DNA from: Hemiscyllium ocellatum | Lineage: Eukaryota | Assembly (NCBI RefSeq): GCF_020745735.1 | Contig: NC_083410.1 | Location: forward strand, 101,890,080 to 101,954,079 | DNA: 64,000 nucleotides | Direction of reading: 5' to 3' | In this document: piece after piece, positions 26,401-40,229 of the stretch | Layout: the number at the start of each line of letters is the position of its first letter | Numbering within the stretch: the stretch's first letter is position 1 | The notes under the pieces: model-generated | Told to the model about the DNA's origin: nothing | The model's input: only the letters and a program-made list of their open reading frames with translations | Database searches by the model: none | Program-made: the position numbers and the translations under genes

Positions 26401-29400
26401 TCAGGTGAATAAAGTGAAACGTTAAATTCCTTAAAAGTCTTGTTGATTTCTAATGGGTCTGACATGACACCTGAATTAACCTTAATTTGTGCGATTAATT
26501 GAGATTAAGGTATTTGGCACAACTGATGTGCCAACAGTTTAATTGTTCTATCATCTTGTTCATATAAAATTTTGATCTAGAGTGGAGTAAAAGCTCGGTG
26601 GTCTATTGTGACATTACAACATCATATTCTGCCTGTAGGGATATGTTTTCCTGATATACCTCTGGAGACTTAGAGATTGCATGAAGAGAGTCTAATTGAG
26701 ACAGACATTGTGCTAACCCTACCAATTTCTCTTTCCTAAGTTTACTCTTATGTGCTGCATAAGAAATTATTTCACCCCTGATGAATGCCTTCGGGGTTTC
26801 CCACAGCAAGGAAGCTGTAACATCTGGAGTTTTGTTAATTTTTTTAAAAATCTATCCGCTGAGACACAAAATTAACAAAATCTTCCTGTAAGAGGAAACT
26901 AATTTTGAGATGCCAAGGTGGGCATGTATTAAGAAACCTCTGAAAGCGAACATTCATAGAGACAGATGCTTGGTGTGACAAAACAATTGAATCATATTTG
27001 CAACCAGAAATGAATGTAAGCAGTCTGTCATTCACCAAGACAAAATCAATGCAAGTAAAAGTGTGGTGGGCATACGAAAAAAAAGAATATTCCTTTCTAG
27101 AGAGATTAAAGAACCGCCAGGGATCAACAACATTAACCTCCATAATAAAAGTCTTAATTATTTTAGCAGATTTGGAATGGACACTCGGAACAGAGGAAGA
27201 ATGGTCTAAGTGAGGATTGCACCAACAGTTAAAATCTCCTCCAAAGATGAACTGGTGTGAAGATAAATCTGGTAACATTGAAAAGAACCATCTGAAAAAA
27301 GCCTCATCGTCCCAGTTGGGAGCATAAACATTAGCCAAGGTTACATCAATATCAAAAATCTGTCCAGTAATGATGATAAATCTGCCATTAGAGTCAGAGA
27401 TAGTTTTAGCATGGACAAAAGGAATAGATTTATTTAAAAGAACAGCGGCTCCTCTAGATCTGTTGGAAAAGGAGGAAGAATACACTTGTCCAATCCAACA
27501 TCATTTCAACTTAGGACTGTCTATATTTTTCAAGTGGATTTCTTGTAAATAAACTATTTATGCCATCTTAATGCCCATATAATGTAAAACCTTACTGCGT
27601 TTAGTTAGATTGTTCAGGCCTTTGCAATTCAGACTGGCGAATTTAATGTCCCCACCTATCAAGGCTGGTGAAGCACTAAACTGCGTCACATGTAATAATC
27701 ACATGTAAATTCACAAATGTGCAATAATAGATAAACAAATATAAAGCTTGTAAAAGTGAGGTATGTGCTGTCTCTTCCCCTTCTTATCCCTATCAAAACA
27801 ACTCCATCACCCTTCCCCATAGCAGTGTCTCCCCAAATGCCTGTCCACCAACCCCTCCCAGTAGAAGTACCCTCTGGATTGTGCATGCTGTCTTCTCCCA
27901 TTGTGGGGAAAAAAACCCTATCGTCTTTTGTAGCACAAGCTACGTGGTGACCTCGGGAATGTAAAAGTTAACTATACAAAAACTGCAAAACAGAAATGAG
28001 TAAAAATAGAAGTATAATAAAAATATATAATATATAGTTAGACAATTAAATTCTACATTCTTTGGTCCCGATAGTGCAGCCCTTCAACAAAATAGAGTCT
28101 TGAGTAAGAAAACACTGTACTTGTTGGCGAATGAAGTCAAATATAAGAAGAATACCAAATCCAAGTCCATGAACACAGCATACAGACCATCTTCATCTCC
28201 ACAATGGGAAATGTAGTCAGTGTCGGTGGTAGCATAAAGTTAATGGCTAGTTGACCTAGTTAGGCCCAACCATCAATCCGGCACTGGAACCGTAATTTCT
28301 TTATGGTTTTTATTCACCATAACCTACCCTGGGTCATCAAACCAATGGGTTAGGCCACTCGGCAAGGTAATATGTCGTATTGCTGGATAACAAAGGCCAA
28401 ATTTAACGTGAGGAAGAGTGTAGCTCGTTCTTTACCTTGGCAAAAGCCACACGCTGGTTAGCCACAGTCAGGGTGAATTCCAGAAAAATGAATACTCTTT
28501 CCATTATATACAAGGGCAGAAGCATCTCCAGCACATTGTAGAATGTGATTTCTCACTTGAAACTAGTTCACTCTTAACAACCGTCAGGTGAGGTAACTCT
28601 TCTGGTTTAGCACACAGCATCCAATGGGCCCTATCGAACACAGCTTTATCCTCAGGATTGGGAAGTCCTGTAAAGGTTGGGCCATAAATTCTGTGGGGTG
28701 AGGACTCTCTAATGTTTTGGGCAAACCCACGAATCAAATTTTATTCCACCTTGAGCGGACCTCCAAGTCTTCACATTTCTTAGTCAGAGACACACTAATA
28801 TTAGCTTGGAAGCTAGCTACCTGGTTATCATGGTCATTAGCTGAACATTCCAGGTCCAAAATAGTCCCACGTTGTGAAGAAACATTTTTCCTCCAACAGC
28901 TTCAGAGCAGTTGTTACCTCCTTTTTAACTCTGAAATTATAGACTCAAACTTGGTGATGATTTTGGCTCGCATATCATCCACCATGTCCTTAATACTATA
29001 TAGCATGGCTTCATTATTATTCTGCTTCTCCAGAGGCTCAGGCGAATTGTGCAGCCTAGGACAACTGGACTTGGCTGACTTGGCTTTTGTTCGAGAAGTC
29101 ACCATTTGAAAGAATAGAGGTAAAAATGGTTCACTTTTTTTAAAAAAAGCCAAACTGAGTATACAGGGGGTAAAATGACCATATTTAAGAAACCAAAATA
29201 TACAAATTTACTACATTTCCAAGAAGCAACACCAAACTACATCCTACAACGTCCGTTCTAATTGTGACCATGCCTTTAAATTTTAGCTCTCCAAGGCAGA
29301 TGTTAAGCATGTTTGTTTAAGGAATGGGAATGATTGCGGGTCCAAGTTAATGGCAAGCAGCCTTGGCCCCGGGTTCCCCCTCAACCCTGTCCAGCCCCAA

Positions 29401-29676
29401 CCAGTACCTGGTAGGCTGAAACTTTGGGCTGCTCCAGGTGCACGCTACAGCACAGTACCATGTACAGCCTCTCCACTTGCTTGAGCTCCGCACCAGCCCT
29501 TGGCCCCCGCCATCTTTCCACTGCATGCGGCCACTGACCTGGTCTCCAGCCAAACGCCCCCCAACCAAACCCCCATTTCTTGGAGCTTGGACCTTCTTTC
29601 AGCTCTGGGTGTTTGTTGAACTCCTCTGCTCTGGCCGCTGCCACCATTGGGTCCCGTTACGTCACTTCCTCTTTCC
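23495..29676 (-). mobile_element. L1-clade LINE, near full length, decayed (ORF1 ~28300-29150; ORF2 ~23850-27655)
   Basis: APE motifs (NVYAPN, GGDFN, DPWR), RT motifs ([27 protein letters not shown]), ORF1 DRAH motif; T-run at 23495. Inserted into a CR1 3' UTR. Confidence 0.9.
24178..24257 (+). mobile_element. CR1 3' tail fragment inside L1
   Basis: cagattggtttcacaggtcaacgcaatatcgagggccaaagggcctgtactg...gttctatgtcctat matches the tails at ~1740-1803 and ~42950-43010. Confidence 0.8.
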
Positions 29677-32600
29677 ACTTGTGTGTGTCTCAACCCCATT
29701 CTCCTGCTTTCTCTCTATAACCCTTGATTCCCTGAGTAACCAAGAACTTTAATCTCCGCTTTAAATACACTCAATGATTTGGCCTCTACAGCCTTCTGTG
29801 CCATTGAGTTCCACAGATTCGCCACCCTCTGGCTGAAGAAATTGTTCCTGGACCAAAGGGTCACCCCTTCACTGTAAGGCTGTACCATTAAGTTGTAGTC
29901 TCTTCTATTAGAAACACCTTCTCCAAATCCACTCTATCCAGGCTTCTCTGTATTCTGCAAAGTTTGTGAAATCCCCCTGTTCCTTCTAAACTCCCAAGTA
30001 CAGACCCAGAGTCCTCAACTACTTGACATGTGACAAACCCTTCATTCCTGGGATCATTCTTGTGAACCCCCTCCAGTATCAGAATATCTTCCCTTTGAAA
30101 CAGGGTCAAAACCTGCTCACAATATTCCAAATGCAGTCTGACCAGAGCCCTACCCAGCCTCAGCAGTACATCCCTGCTTTCATGTTCTAGCCCTCTTGAA
30201 ATGAACACTAACATTGCATTCCTAACTGCCAACTGCACTTGCATATTAACTCCTAAGTCCCTCTGTACTTAAGATTTACAAACCCTTTACAAAATGCATA
30301 ACCTGAAACTTCCCCACTTTATATTGCACCTGTCACTTCTTTGCCGCTCTCTGAGCAAGTTCAAGTTCTTCTGCAGCCTCTTTTTCCTCATTAATACCTG
30401 TTCTTCTGCTGATCTTTGTTGCTAAGTTTGCAGAAGACACAATGCCTTTAATTCTTTTATCCAGATAACTAAAGTATAATGTGAATAGTTGTGGTCCCAA
30501 AACTGATCCCTGCAGATCACTAGTCATTGGCTGCCACCTTGTAAAAGACACCTTTAGATTAGACTTACAGTGTGGAAACAGGCCCTTCGGCCCAACAAGT
30601 CCACACCGACCCGCCGAAGCGCAACCCACCCATACCCGTACATTTACCCCTTACCTAACACTACGGACAATTTAGCTTCGCCAATTCACCTGACCCGCAC
30701 ATCTTTGGACTGTGGGAGGAAACCGGAGCACCCGGAGGAAACCCACGCAGACACAGGGAGAACGTGCAAACTCCACACAGTCAGTCGCCTGAGTCGGGAA
30801 TTGAACCCGGGTCTACAGGCGCTGTGAGGCAGCAGTGCTAACCACTGTGCCACCGTGCCGCCCACTTATATGCACTGTCTTCTGCCAGTCAGCAAATCCT
30901 TTATACATGCCTGTCCTTGTCCCTAAAACTATGGGCTCTTATTTTATTTAGCAGCCTCTTTTATGGCACATTATCAGAGGCCTTGAGGAAATCCAAACAG
31001 ATCATATCCACTGGCTCTCCTTTGTCTAACTTACCACCTCAAAGAATTCTAACAAATTTGTTAGAAATGACCCTCCCTTGACAAGGACATGCTGACTCAA
31101 CCATGTTTTACCATGTCTTCTAATGTTCCGTAATCTCATTCTTAATAATGGACTAAAATCGTACCCATGAATGAGGTCAGGATAACTGGCCTATAAGTTA
31201 TTGTGTTCTGCCTCCCTCCATTCTTAAATAGGGATGTAACATTAGTCATTTTCCAGTCCTCTGGAACCTTCCCTGACTCCAGTAATTCCTGAAAGATGAC
31301 CACCAACGCTTCCACAATCTCCTCATCAACTATCTCATTCTGAACTCTAGGGTGCAGTCCATCTGATCCAGGTGGTTTATCCATCCTCAGACTTTGTAGC
31401 TTCCCCAGCACCTTTGTGTTGGCCACTACACTCACCTCTGTCACCTCAAGTTCTGGTATGCTACTGGTGCCTTCCATCATGATGCAAAGTATCTATTAAG
31501 TTCCTCCATCATTTCTTTGTTCCCCTTTACTATTTTGATAACGTCATTTTCCAGCAGTCCAGTGTCCATTTTTGCCCCTCTCTCTTACCTTTTTAGATTG
31601 CTAGACAAACTGTAGCAATCTTGTTTTATATTACTAGCTATGTTACCCTCATATTTCATCTTCTCCTCTATTGCTATTTGGTTGCCCTTTGCTGATTTGT
31701 TTTAAATGTTTTCCCAATCTTCTCGCTTTCATCACAATGTACACTTTTTAACTTCGCTTTTATGCTGTTTCTGTCTTCCCTTGTCCTCACTTTGTATGTT
31801 TCTTCTTCCTTGGAATGAATTTCTACTGTACCTCCCGAATTAATCCCAGACATTCCTGCCATTGCTTTTCCATCATCTTCCTTGCTAGGCTGCTTTTCTA
31901 ATCACCACTAGCCAGTTGCTCCCTCCTGTCTTTGTAGTTACTGTTAAACAATTGTAATACCCTTGCATCTGATTCCAGCTTCTCCCTCTCAAATGCCGGA
32001 ATGAATTCCACCATATTGTGGTCACTACCCCATAGGGGTTCCTTCACCTCAAGTTCCCTCATCAAGTCTACTTCATTACACACTACCAAATCCTGTCCCC
32101 TGTGAGTTCTGCCATAAACTGACCCAAAACAAAATCTTGTACACCTTCCACAAATTATTTTTCTTGGGATCTGCTACCAACCTGACTTTCCTAGTCCACC
32201 TAAATATTAAAATCCCTCATGAATATTGTAATAGTGCCTTTCTTGCATGCCTTTTATATCTCCTGATTTATTTCCTTCTCCACATACATAACTCCCATCA
32301 GAGTCTTCTTCCTTTGCAGTTCCTCAACTCTACCCACATAGATTCTGTGCCTTCAATGTAATTTCAATTCTAACTGAGAAGGCAACCCCATCCCCACTGC
32401 CCATCTGCCTGACCTGTCGATAGGATGTGCATGTTTAGTTCCCAGCCCTGATCCCCTTGCAGAGACATCTCTGTGATGCCTACAGCATTATATCCACCAC
32501 TTTCCATCTGCACAAGAAACTAATTTACCTTGTTTATATATACAGCATACACTTAAGTGCAACATCTCTCGTCCTGCATTGACTGCCCCCTTTGTCTGCA

Positions 32601-33180
32601 GTGCCTGATGTTAGATTCCTGACCCTTTCTGTACTCTGTCCTATTTTTCTAGAAACTTTTATAACCTCTCCTGAAACCTCCATCCACCCATCCCACTTAA
32701 CTAGTTTAAAGTTCCTGTGACCGCCCCATTTAGTCTTTCCACTAGGATCCTGATGTCCTATCAATTCAGGTGGAGCCCATCTGGAAGATGCTGTTCCTTC
32801 CTGTCTCAATATTAATGCCAATACCCTTGCTAATGTTGATGCCAACGTGGACCACAACAACTGGATCCTCCCCTTCCTCTCCAGTATCCTTTCAAGCTAA
32901 CTCAAGATTTCCTTCAACTTGGCACTGGTAGGCAACACATCTTGCAGGATTCTCAATCCTGCTCACAAAGCATCCTCCCTGTCCCTTACTGCTATCGTTT
33001 TCTTCTTGTTCCCCTGCTTGCATGGCTTCCTGGACCACAGTCCAGTGGCGGTTTGATCATCATCCATGAAGACTTTTTTCCAAACAGGGAGCAAGTCCTT
33101 CATTCCTGTTCGAGGCTCTTTCAATGCTACATTCAAGATCCCTTTACCTGCCTCACACTTACTGAGGCTTTCAGACACTT
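29677..33180 (-). mobile_element. Old, long CR1 (ORF1 remnant, EN, RT); extreme 3' end displaced to 23419-23490 by the L1
   Basis: Fragments GSDHNMVEF, DKPPGSDGLHPRV, YRPVILTS, QGSVLGPQLF, LVRLHLEYCEQ; the 3' UTR continues across the L1. Confidence 0.85.
30554..30863 (-). mobile_element. HE1-type V-SINE, young, inserted in CR1
   Basis: Full head, core and tail; CpGs retained. Confidence 0.93.
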
Positions 33181-33726
33181 TTGGGAAACATTATGATGTA
33201 GTGTATCATACGTACTCATAAATGGGCCTCAGGCTGTCACACTGGGCTTTTGAAAATTAGCAAACTACCTCAAATTACTGTGCAAGTATAAGGTATAGCA
33301 AACAACTGAGGAGTGGGTAAAGCTTGCTGCTTCATGTCATTTTTATGTGATAACAACACAATGGAATTTTCTACTTCCGATGCTACCTTTCAGCCAACAA
33401 TATGTTTTGTCTACTACACAAATAGGTCATGTGATATATGAATTTCAATGCTGTTGCAATGTCAGGTGTATCAGCTGTATGTTCCAATGACTGGGAGATC
33501 ATTTGTAACTCGTCCTTTTGGCTGCTTACAATGGAGTACTGGCCATACTCAATGGGCTTGTGTTTGCAAAACTCAGTACATAATGGTTAACAGATCTGAT
33601 TCTGGAATTGGACAAATGTTAATGAGCAATTCCAAGTGTGCTCAAAATGACACTTAACAAACATTTAAGATGATCAGTGAGACACTCAATACGGTCCACT
33701 TATACTTCATAGAAGCTACATAAATA

Positions 33727-34313
33727 CGGCTGTACAGGATATTGGTTTTGGCCACTGTTGGAATATTGCATGCAATTCTGGTCTCCTTCCAATTGGAAAG
33801 ATGCTGTGAAACTTGAAAGGGTTCAGAAAAGATTTACAAGGATGTTGCCAGGGTTGGAGGATCTGAGCTACAGGGAGAGGCTGAATAGGCTGGGACTGTT
33901 TTCCCTGGAGCGTCAGAGGCTGAGGGGTGACCTTATAGAGGCTTACAAAATTATGAGGGGCATGGATAGGATAAATAGACAAAGTCTTTTCCCTGGGGTC
34001 GGGGAGTCCAGAACTAGAGGGCATAGGTTTAGGGTGAGAGGGGAAAGATATAAAAGAAACCTAAGGGGCAACTTTTTCATGCAGAGGGTGGTACATGTAT
34101 GGAATCAACTGCCAGAGGATGTGGTGGAGGCTGGTACAATTGCAACATTTGCAAGGCATTTGGATGGGTATATGAATAGGAAGGGTTTGGAGGGATATGG
34201 GCCAAGTGCTGGCAGATGGGCCTAGATTGGGTTGGGATATCTGGTCGGCATGGACGGGTTGGACCGAAGGGTCTGTTTCCATGCTGTACATCTCTATGAC
34301 TATTACTCTATGA
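33727..34313 (+). mobile_element. CR1 3' fragment, young
   Basis: 155-aa ORF EYCMQFWSP...; ctctatgact tail repeats. Confidence 0.93.
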
Positions 34314-34496
34314 CTGAAACTCTGCAAGCAAAAGCAACATATCCAGATGTGGCATCTTTTGTAAATTAAACAAAAAGCATGGTGAACAATACTTCACTTT
34401 GTGCAATTGCAATAGAAATGTCTTAATCAATCAGAGCCAACTAATCAACATGTTTTCTTGTACAAAATAAATTGTTGTTCAATTTGAAATTCAATA

Positions 34497-34718
34497 CAGG
34501 GCGACCGGCCTAGCCAAGGGTCCTATTACCATGATTTCAGTCACCCGTGGTTTACCGCAGCCCAAACATATTACAGAGAACTTTCCAGAACTAGGAGCCA
34601 AGGGGCTGCTGGGAAGCTAAGTTTCCCATTTAAATGAATGGGTTCACTACTATCCGCGGTTTCGTGCTTCCGCACAAGGTCTTTGAACCAATCCCCAATG
34701 GGTATGCTGGGACTACTG
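34497..34718. mobile_element. Tigger/MER44-like MITE (pogo family)
   Basis: ta|cag... start; gatttcagtcacccgtggtttaccgcag...catattac...ttccagaa and ctatccgcggtttc...ggtctttgaacc...gggactactg|ca resemble recalled MER44/MER2 ends. Confidence 0.65.
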
Positions 34719-35474
34719 CATTCTTGTATCTGTCCTGATGAGTACAAGACAAAATGCTTCAATAGCGTATCTGTTCAACAATATTTGAGCTATTCTTTGT
34801 ACCAAAAAGAACGAAGATTCACTAGATTTGAATTAAAATGTTTCAAAATAGCTGTCAGGTGAATTAAAGAAAACATCAGTGTTAATTCTGTAGATCAAGA
34901 AAAAAAACTCTAGGTAATAGAAAATTTCTGTACAGTTTAAATCCAGTAGGTATGCCACTACTCAAACTTATCCTATATAGTCACGCAAAGGCAGGCTGAG
35001 GCTAAATATTTTGGACAAGATGTAGACAATGGACATTTACATGATTAATATTCCCTAATTTACCATACCATGTCATCATTACTGCCAATAATGAGGCTGA
35101 TGTTGGTTGCTGGCCATGGTTCTGAATTAGTCAGGACACAGCTGTCCAAGGCTCAACTGGTATTTCCGATGTTTAAATAAGAAAATAATAAATGTAAAAA
35201 AGACTGTTCCAACAACCCTACTCCCCAAAGCTACAAAATTGAAGGATCTTTGAGTAAGCATTGGAGATGGACTTGTACATAAAATAAATAAAAAATTAAT
35301 AGTTTGGGAGAGCCCTTACACGAGATCAACTGTTACTCAAGTATATATGGTACACTCAAGGAAGAATCAATTATACTGTTGATACAAAATTTGAATCCTA
35401 AACAAGGTCTTTGTCAACGTACTAACTGATAACCCTTTCCTTCAATGCTGGATGCTAAAGTTATAACAGGCAGA

Positions 35475-36093
35475 TAGAGTCATAGAGACGTACAGCACGG
35501 AAACAGACCCTTTGGTCCAACCCATCCATGCCAACCAGATATCCCAACCCAATCTAGTCCCACCTGCCAGCACTTGGCCCATATCCCTCCAAACCCTTCC
35601 TATTTATATACCCATCCAAATGCCTTGCAAATGTTGCAATTGTACCAGCCTCCACCACTTCCTCTGGCAGCTCATTCTATATCCATACCACCCTCTGTGT
35701 GAAGACGTTGCCCCTTAGGTCTCTTTTATATCTTTCCTTTCTCACCCTAAACCTATGCCCTCTAGTTCTGGACTCCCCGACCCCAGGGAAAAGACTTTGT
35801 CTATTTATCCTATCCATGCCCCTCATAATTTTGTAAACCTCTATAAGGTCGCCCCTCAGCCTCCGACTCTCCAGGGAAAACAGCCCCAGCCTGGTCAGCC
35901 TCTCCCTATAGCTCAAATTTTCCAACCCTGGCAACATCCTTGTAAATCTTTTCTGAATTCTTTCAAGTTTTACAACATTTTTCCTATCCAGGGAGACCAG
36001 AATTGAACACAATATTCCAACAATGGCCTAACCAATGTCTTGTACAGCTGAAACATGACGTCCCAACTCCAGTACTCAATACTCTGACCAATA
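35475..36093 (-). mobile_element. CR1 3' fragment, young
   Basis: Reverse complement of the same family as 33727-34313. Confidence 0.93.
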
Positions 36094-36379
36094 AAGTATC
36101 ATTACACCTTATATCACAGATATAAGTCTGCCTTTTCAGCTTCGGAAGAAAACAGTTCCCAAATAGATATTCATATTTTATGAATATAATTGAGTCACAC
36201 AACCAGACTCTTGACAAAATTCATGTTTCTATTCTTCAACCTGTTTTTAAACATGGACAGCTTTGTGTAACTCCTTCCAGGTTGAGATGTTTTGTATCTT
36301 TTAAAATATTTGGTGAAATAATTACTGTAACTCCTGTATTTTAATTACAGTTGCAATAAATTTACTAATCATAATTGTT

Positions 36380-37150
36380 AATGTGACAGAAAGGAGATCA
36401 TTTGATCCAGCATGTCTGTACCAGCTCTCTGAGTGCACGTTTTGATTAAGTGTCATTCTTCTGCCTTTTCTTTGTAATCCTATACGTTGCTTTTACTCAC
36501 ATAATTATCCAATGGCCTGTTGAATGTATTGATTCAGTCTGCCTCCACCACACCTCCAAGCAGTGCATTGCAGACCCTATTTTCTGTTTACAAAAGTTGT
36601 TTTTCTCAAATCACATTTGCTTATTTTGTAAATTATTTTATATCTGTGGCCTGTCATTCTCAATCCTTTTACCAGTGGGGACAGTTTTTCTTTGTCCAGA
36701 ACCTTCATGATTTTGTAAGCTTCTATAAACTCTTTTCCTAGGCTTCTCCCCTCCAATGAAAACAATATCAACTTCTGTAATTAATTTTGATTATTGAAGT
36801 TTGGCATGCCTTAAACCATTTCTTGCAAATCTCTTCTGCAACCTCTCCAATGTGTTAACATCCTTCCTACTCTAGTTGAAGTCGCACAAGGGTCTTTTGC
36901 AAGTTCAGCATAACCTCCCCACTTTTTCTACTCTGCGCCCTCATGAAAGTATACAGTATATTTTTAAATTATTCTCTCCAGTGTTCCACCATATTTCATG
37001 ATTTATGGAAATATACGCAGAAGTCTCTGTTCCTGCATGCCCATTATAGTACCCTTTGTTTTCCATGACCTCTCTATGTTCTTACAGTAAATTGTTTCAG
37101 TTCACACTATGCATCAAACTTCATCTGCCATTTAGCTGGCTAATCCACAA
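36380..37150 (-). mobile_element. Old CR1 3' fragment
   Basis: Minus ORF LFSLEGRSL...IEAYKIMKVLD...TGHRYKI. Confidence 0.7.
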
Positions 37151-37366
37151 GCTTGTCTTTGATTGACTTATTGTTGCCACATACTGAAATACAGTGAAAA
37201 GTGTTGTTTTGCATGCTATACATCGGTCGTACCAGAGTGCATCAGGATTGCAAAACCAACTGTAGAATAGTGTTGCAGCCACAGAGAAGGTGCAGAGATA
37301 GATCAGAATTAACATTTAAGCAGTCTGGGCACTGACTCATTGACTACTGTTCCACTTTCAACACAA

Positions 37367-37793
37367 TATTCAGAAAAGATTTATAAAGATGTTGCTAGGG
37401 TTGGAGGGTTTGAGCTATGGGTGGGGGCTGTATTTTCTTGAGCGTAAGAGGCTGGGGTGACAGTGTAGAGATTAATAAAACCATGACGGGCAAGGATGGG
37501 ATGTCCAGAACTAGAAGGCATAGGTTTAAAGTGAGAGGGGAAAGATTTAAAAGACACCTAAGGGGCAATATTTTAATGCAGAGGGTGGTACGTGTATCGA
37601 ATGAGCTGCCAGAGGAGGCTGAGAAAATTACAACATTTAAAAGGCATTTGGATGAGTATATGAATAGGAAGGTTTTAGAGGGACATGGGCCAAGTGCTGG
37701 CAAATGGGACTAGATTAATTTAGAATATCTGGTCGGCATGGCCAAGTTGGACCAAAGGGTTTGATTCCATGCTGTACATCTCTATGACTATGA
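37367..37793 (+). mobile_element. CR1 3' fragment
   Basis: RTRRHRFKVRGERFKRHLRGN; ctctatgactatgac tail. Confidence 0.88.
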
Positions 37794-37814
37794 CATTAAT
37801 TCTAAAAAAAAAAC

Positions 37815-38760
37815 CCATCTCTAAACTCCAAGACTTAGGTCTCAGCTTCCTCTTCTGAACTGTATCCTCAATTTCCTGACCCAGAGACCACAGTCATTAA
37901 TGTCAGAAGTTAGACGACACCAGGTTATGGTCCAATAACTTTATTTGAAATCACAAGCTTTCGACGTGTTGCCTGTTTGTCAGGTGAAGTGAGCGAGAAT
38001 CTCACAGGCACAGAATTTATAGGCAGAGAGATCAAAAGATCATATAAATGAATGGAGTGTTGACTCCTGTCCACCCAGTCTAATGGCGGCACCTTGACAA
38101 CATGACAACCAATAAGAACGGCGACAACACCTCCTTCACCATAATCCTCAACACCAGTCTCCCACAAGGCTGCATACTCATCCCCTACTATACTCCTTAT
38201 ATACTCAGGACTATGTGGCCAAATTCCACCCCAACACCTTTGAGAAGTTTGCTGATGACACCACCTTTATTGTTTGAATCTCAAACAACGATGAGCCAGA
38301 ATATAGAAGAGAAATTGAGTGCTTAGTGACATGGTATAAAGGCAACAATTTCCCCAGCGATGTCAGCAAAAAAAAAAGAAGCTGGTCATTGACTTCAGGA
38401 ACCGGAGTGGAAGGCATGCCCCTGTCTGCATCAGTGGTACTGAGGTGGAGATGGCCGAGAGTGTCAAGTTTCTGGGAGTGATGATCACCAACAATCTGTC
38501 CTGGTCCACCCACGTCAATACAATGGTCCAGAAAGCACGACAACAACTTTAATTCCTCAGGAGGCTAAGCAAATTCAGTATATCCACAAGGACTCTTACC
38601 AATTTTTGTAGATGCACCATAGACAGCATCCCGTCTGGATGCATCACAATGTGGTGTGACAACTGCTCTTCCCAAGACAGCATGAAACTAGATCACAGCC
38701 CAGTCCATCAGGCAAAACAACTTTCCATCCATTGACTTTATCTATACTTTCCGCTACCTC
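37815..38760 (+). mobile_element. Rex1/Babar-like LINE RT fragment, interrupted by a Penelope-like piece (-, ~37895-38105)
   Basis: ILNTSLPQGCIL, KFADDTT, KELVIDFR, KFLGV, FLRRLSKF. The insert carries gacaccaggttatggtccaa and a hammerhead-like motif at 37952-37986. Confidence 0.75.
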
Positions 38761-38919
38761 GTTTTGATATTTTCATGCCCTCTTCACAGTTTATAATATT
38801 CCCAGATTTTGTAAAAACTGACTGCAGATGGTTCAGTCATTTTATTCATTCATGGAATACTGGCTATACTGCCATTTATTGCCCATCCCTCATTATCTAG
38901 AGGGACAACTCACAGACCT

Positions 38920-39150
38920 TTAAAAATACCACAAACAGGTGATGAAAGTAATCAAGAAGGCTAATGGAATGTTAGTGTTTACATCCAGAGGACTGGAGTA
39001 TAAGTATTTAGAAGTTATGCTGCAGCTAAACAAAATCCTGGTCAGAACCCACCTGGAGTACTGTGAGCAGATCTGGGCACCACACCTTAGGAATGATATA
39101 TCAGCATTGGAGGAAGCACAACGTGAGTATATAAGAATGATATGTGGACT
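38920..39150 (+). mobile_element. CR1 fragment
   Basis: KKANGMLVF...LVRTHLEYCEQIWAPH. Confidence 0.8.
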
Positions 39151-39154
39151 TCAG

Positions 39155-40225
39155 ATTATTAGGTTTAGGTCAATTTATAATTATAAAAAGACCACAAGAT
39201 GAGTCTGTAGAATTTGAAACAGGAACAATTTATTATACGTCTTTACAAGTACACAGTCAGGCCTACAACTACATGCATAACATCCATCCCCATTTATTTC
39301 AAAAACTCCCATTAAATATATATATACACAATTGTAAAATATTATACAGGCATCATGGCCAACATACGTACATAGATTAGAGTCCTGATGAAGGAAGGGC
39401 CTTTGCCAGAAATGTCGATTTTTCTGCTCCTCTGATGCTGCCTGACCTGCTGGGGTTTTCCAGCACCACTCCAATCTAGGCTCTGATCTCCAGCATCTGC
39501 AGTCTTCACTTTTGTCTAACATATGTACATAGTCAGGAATATTTGCAAAAAGGGTGTGTGAACAACCACTACCTTTTCTCAATACAAGCTTCTGTAGTCT
39601 AAATCGACATGATTAGTCTCATGATGGTGATCTTCAACAAAACCATCTTCTAGTCTTAGGAGCCTTTTTTGATGTAGTCTCCCAGACTTTGAAAGGCTCA
39701 GATTGCGGATGCGCCCTTCTCTAATTTGCTGCCGTTGTCCTGCGATGCAGATGCTGACAGCTCCCTGGTTATGGCCAATCCCGGCTCAGTGACACAATTT
39801 TCAGTTCTTACCCCTGGTTCCATCTGGCCTGGCTCTGTATTTTGAGGAACTTACACCCCCTTGCCAGAGTGAGGTGCAGCAAAGAGCGGTCCACATTTCT
39901 CCTCCAAACCAACTCATCACTGGTCTGCACTGTATATGACAACAGTTTTATTTGGACCATCACCATTGCTGTAACACATTTTTCCCAACGCACACCATCA
40001 TTTCTGGCCACGATAGTTTCTCCTTTTTGGAATATCCTGCACTTTGAGGTTTTTGTACTTCTAGCCATTGGTTCCTCTTGATTACGCTCTCCCACCTCTC
40101 CAATCTCTTCCAGCTACAGCAAATCAAACATGATTCTCAGCTAGCGGTTGAACATTCAGGAGGCCAACAAGTACTGGGTTGTGTGTGGCATGTTACAAGA
40201 TGTGCTGAGGAGACTTGAAGTCATA
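39155..40225 (-). mobile_element. Gypsy LTR-retrotransposon 3' remnant (integrase C-terminus, possible PPT and LTR)
   Basis: Minus ORF FQKGETIVARN...WEK...SYTVQTSDELVWRRNVD; purine tract gagaaaagg before TGTTCACA (~39564); AATAAA on the minus strand near 39230. A Penelope mini-insert lies at ~39374-39517. Confidence 0.65.
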
Positions 40226-40229
40226 AATA

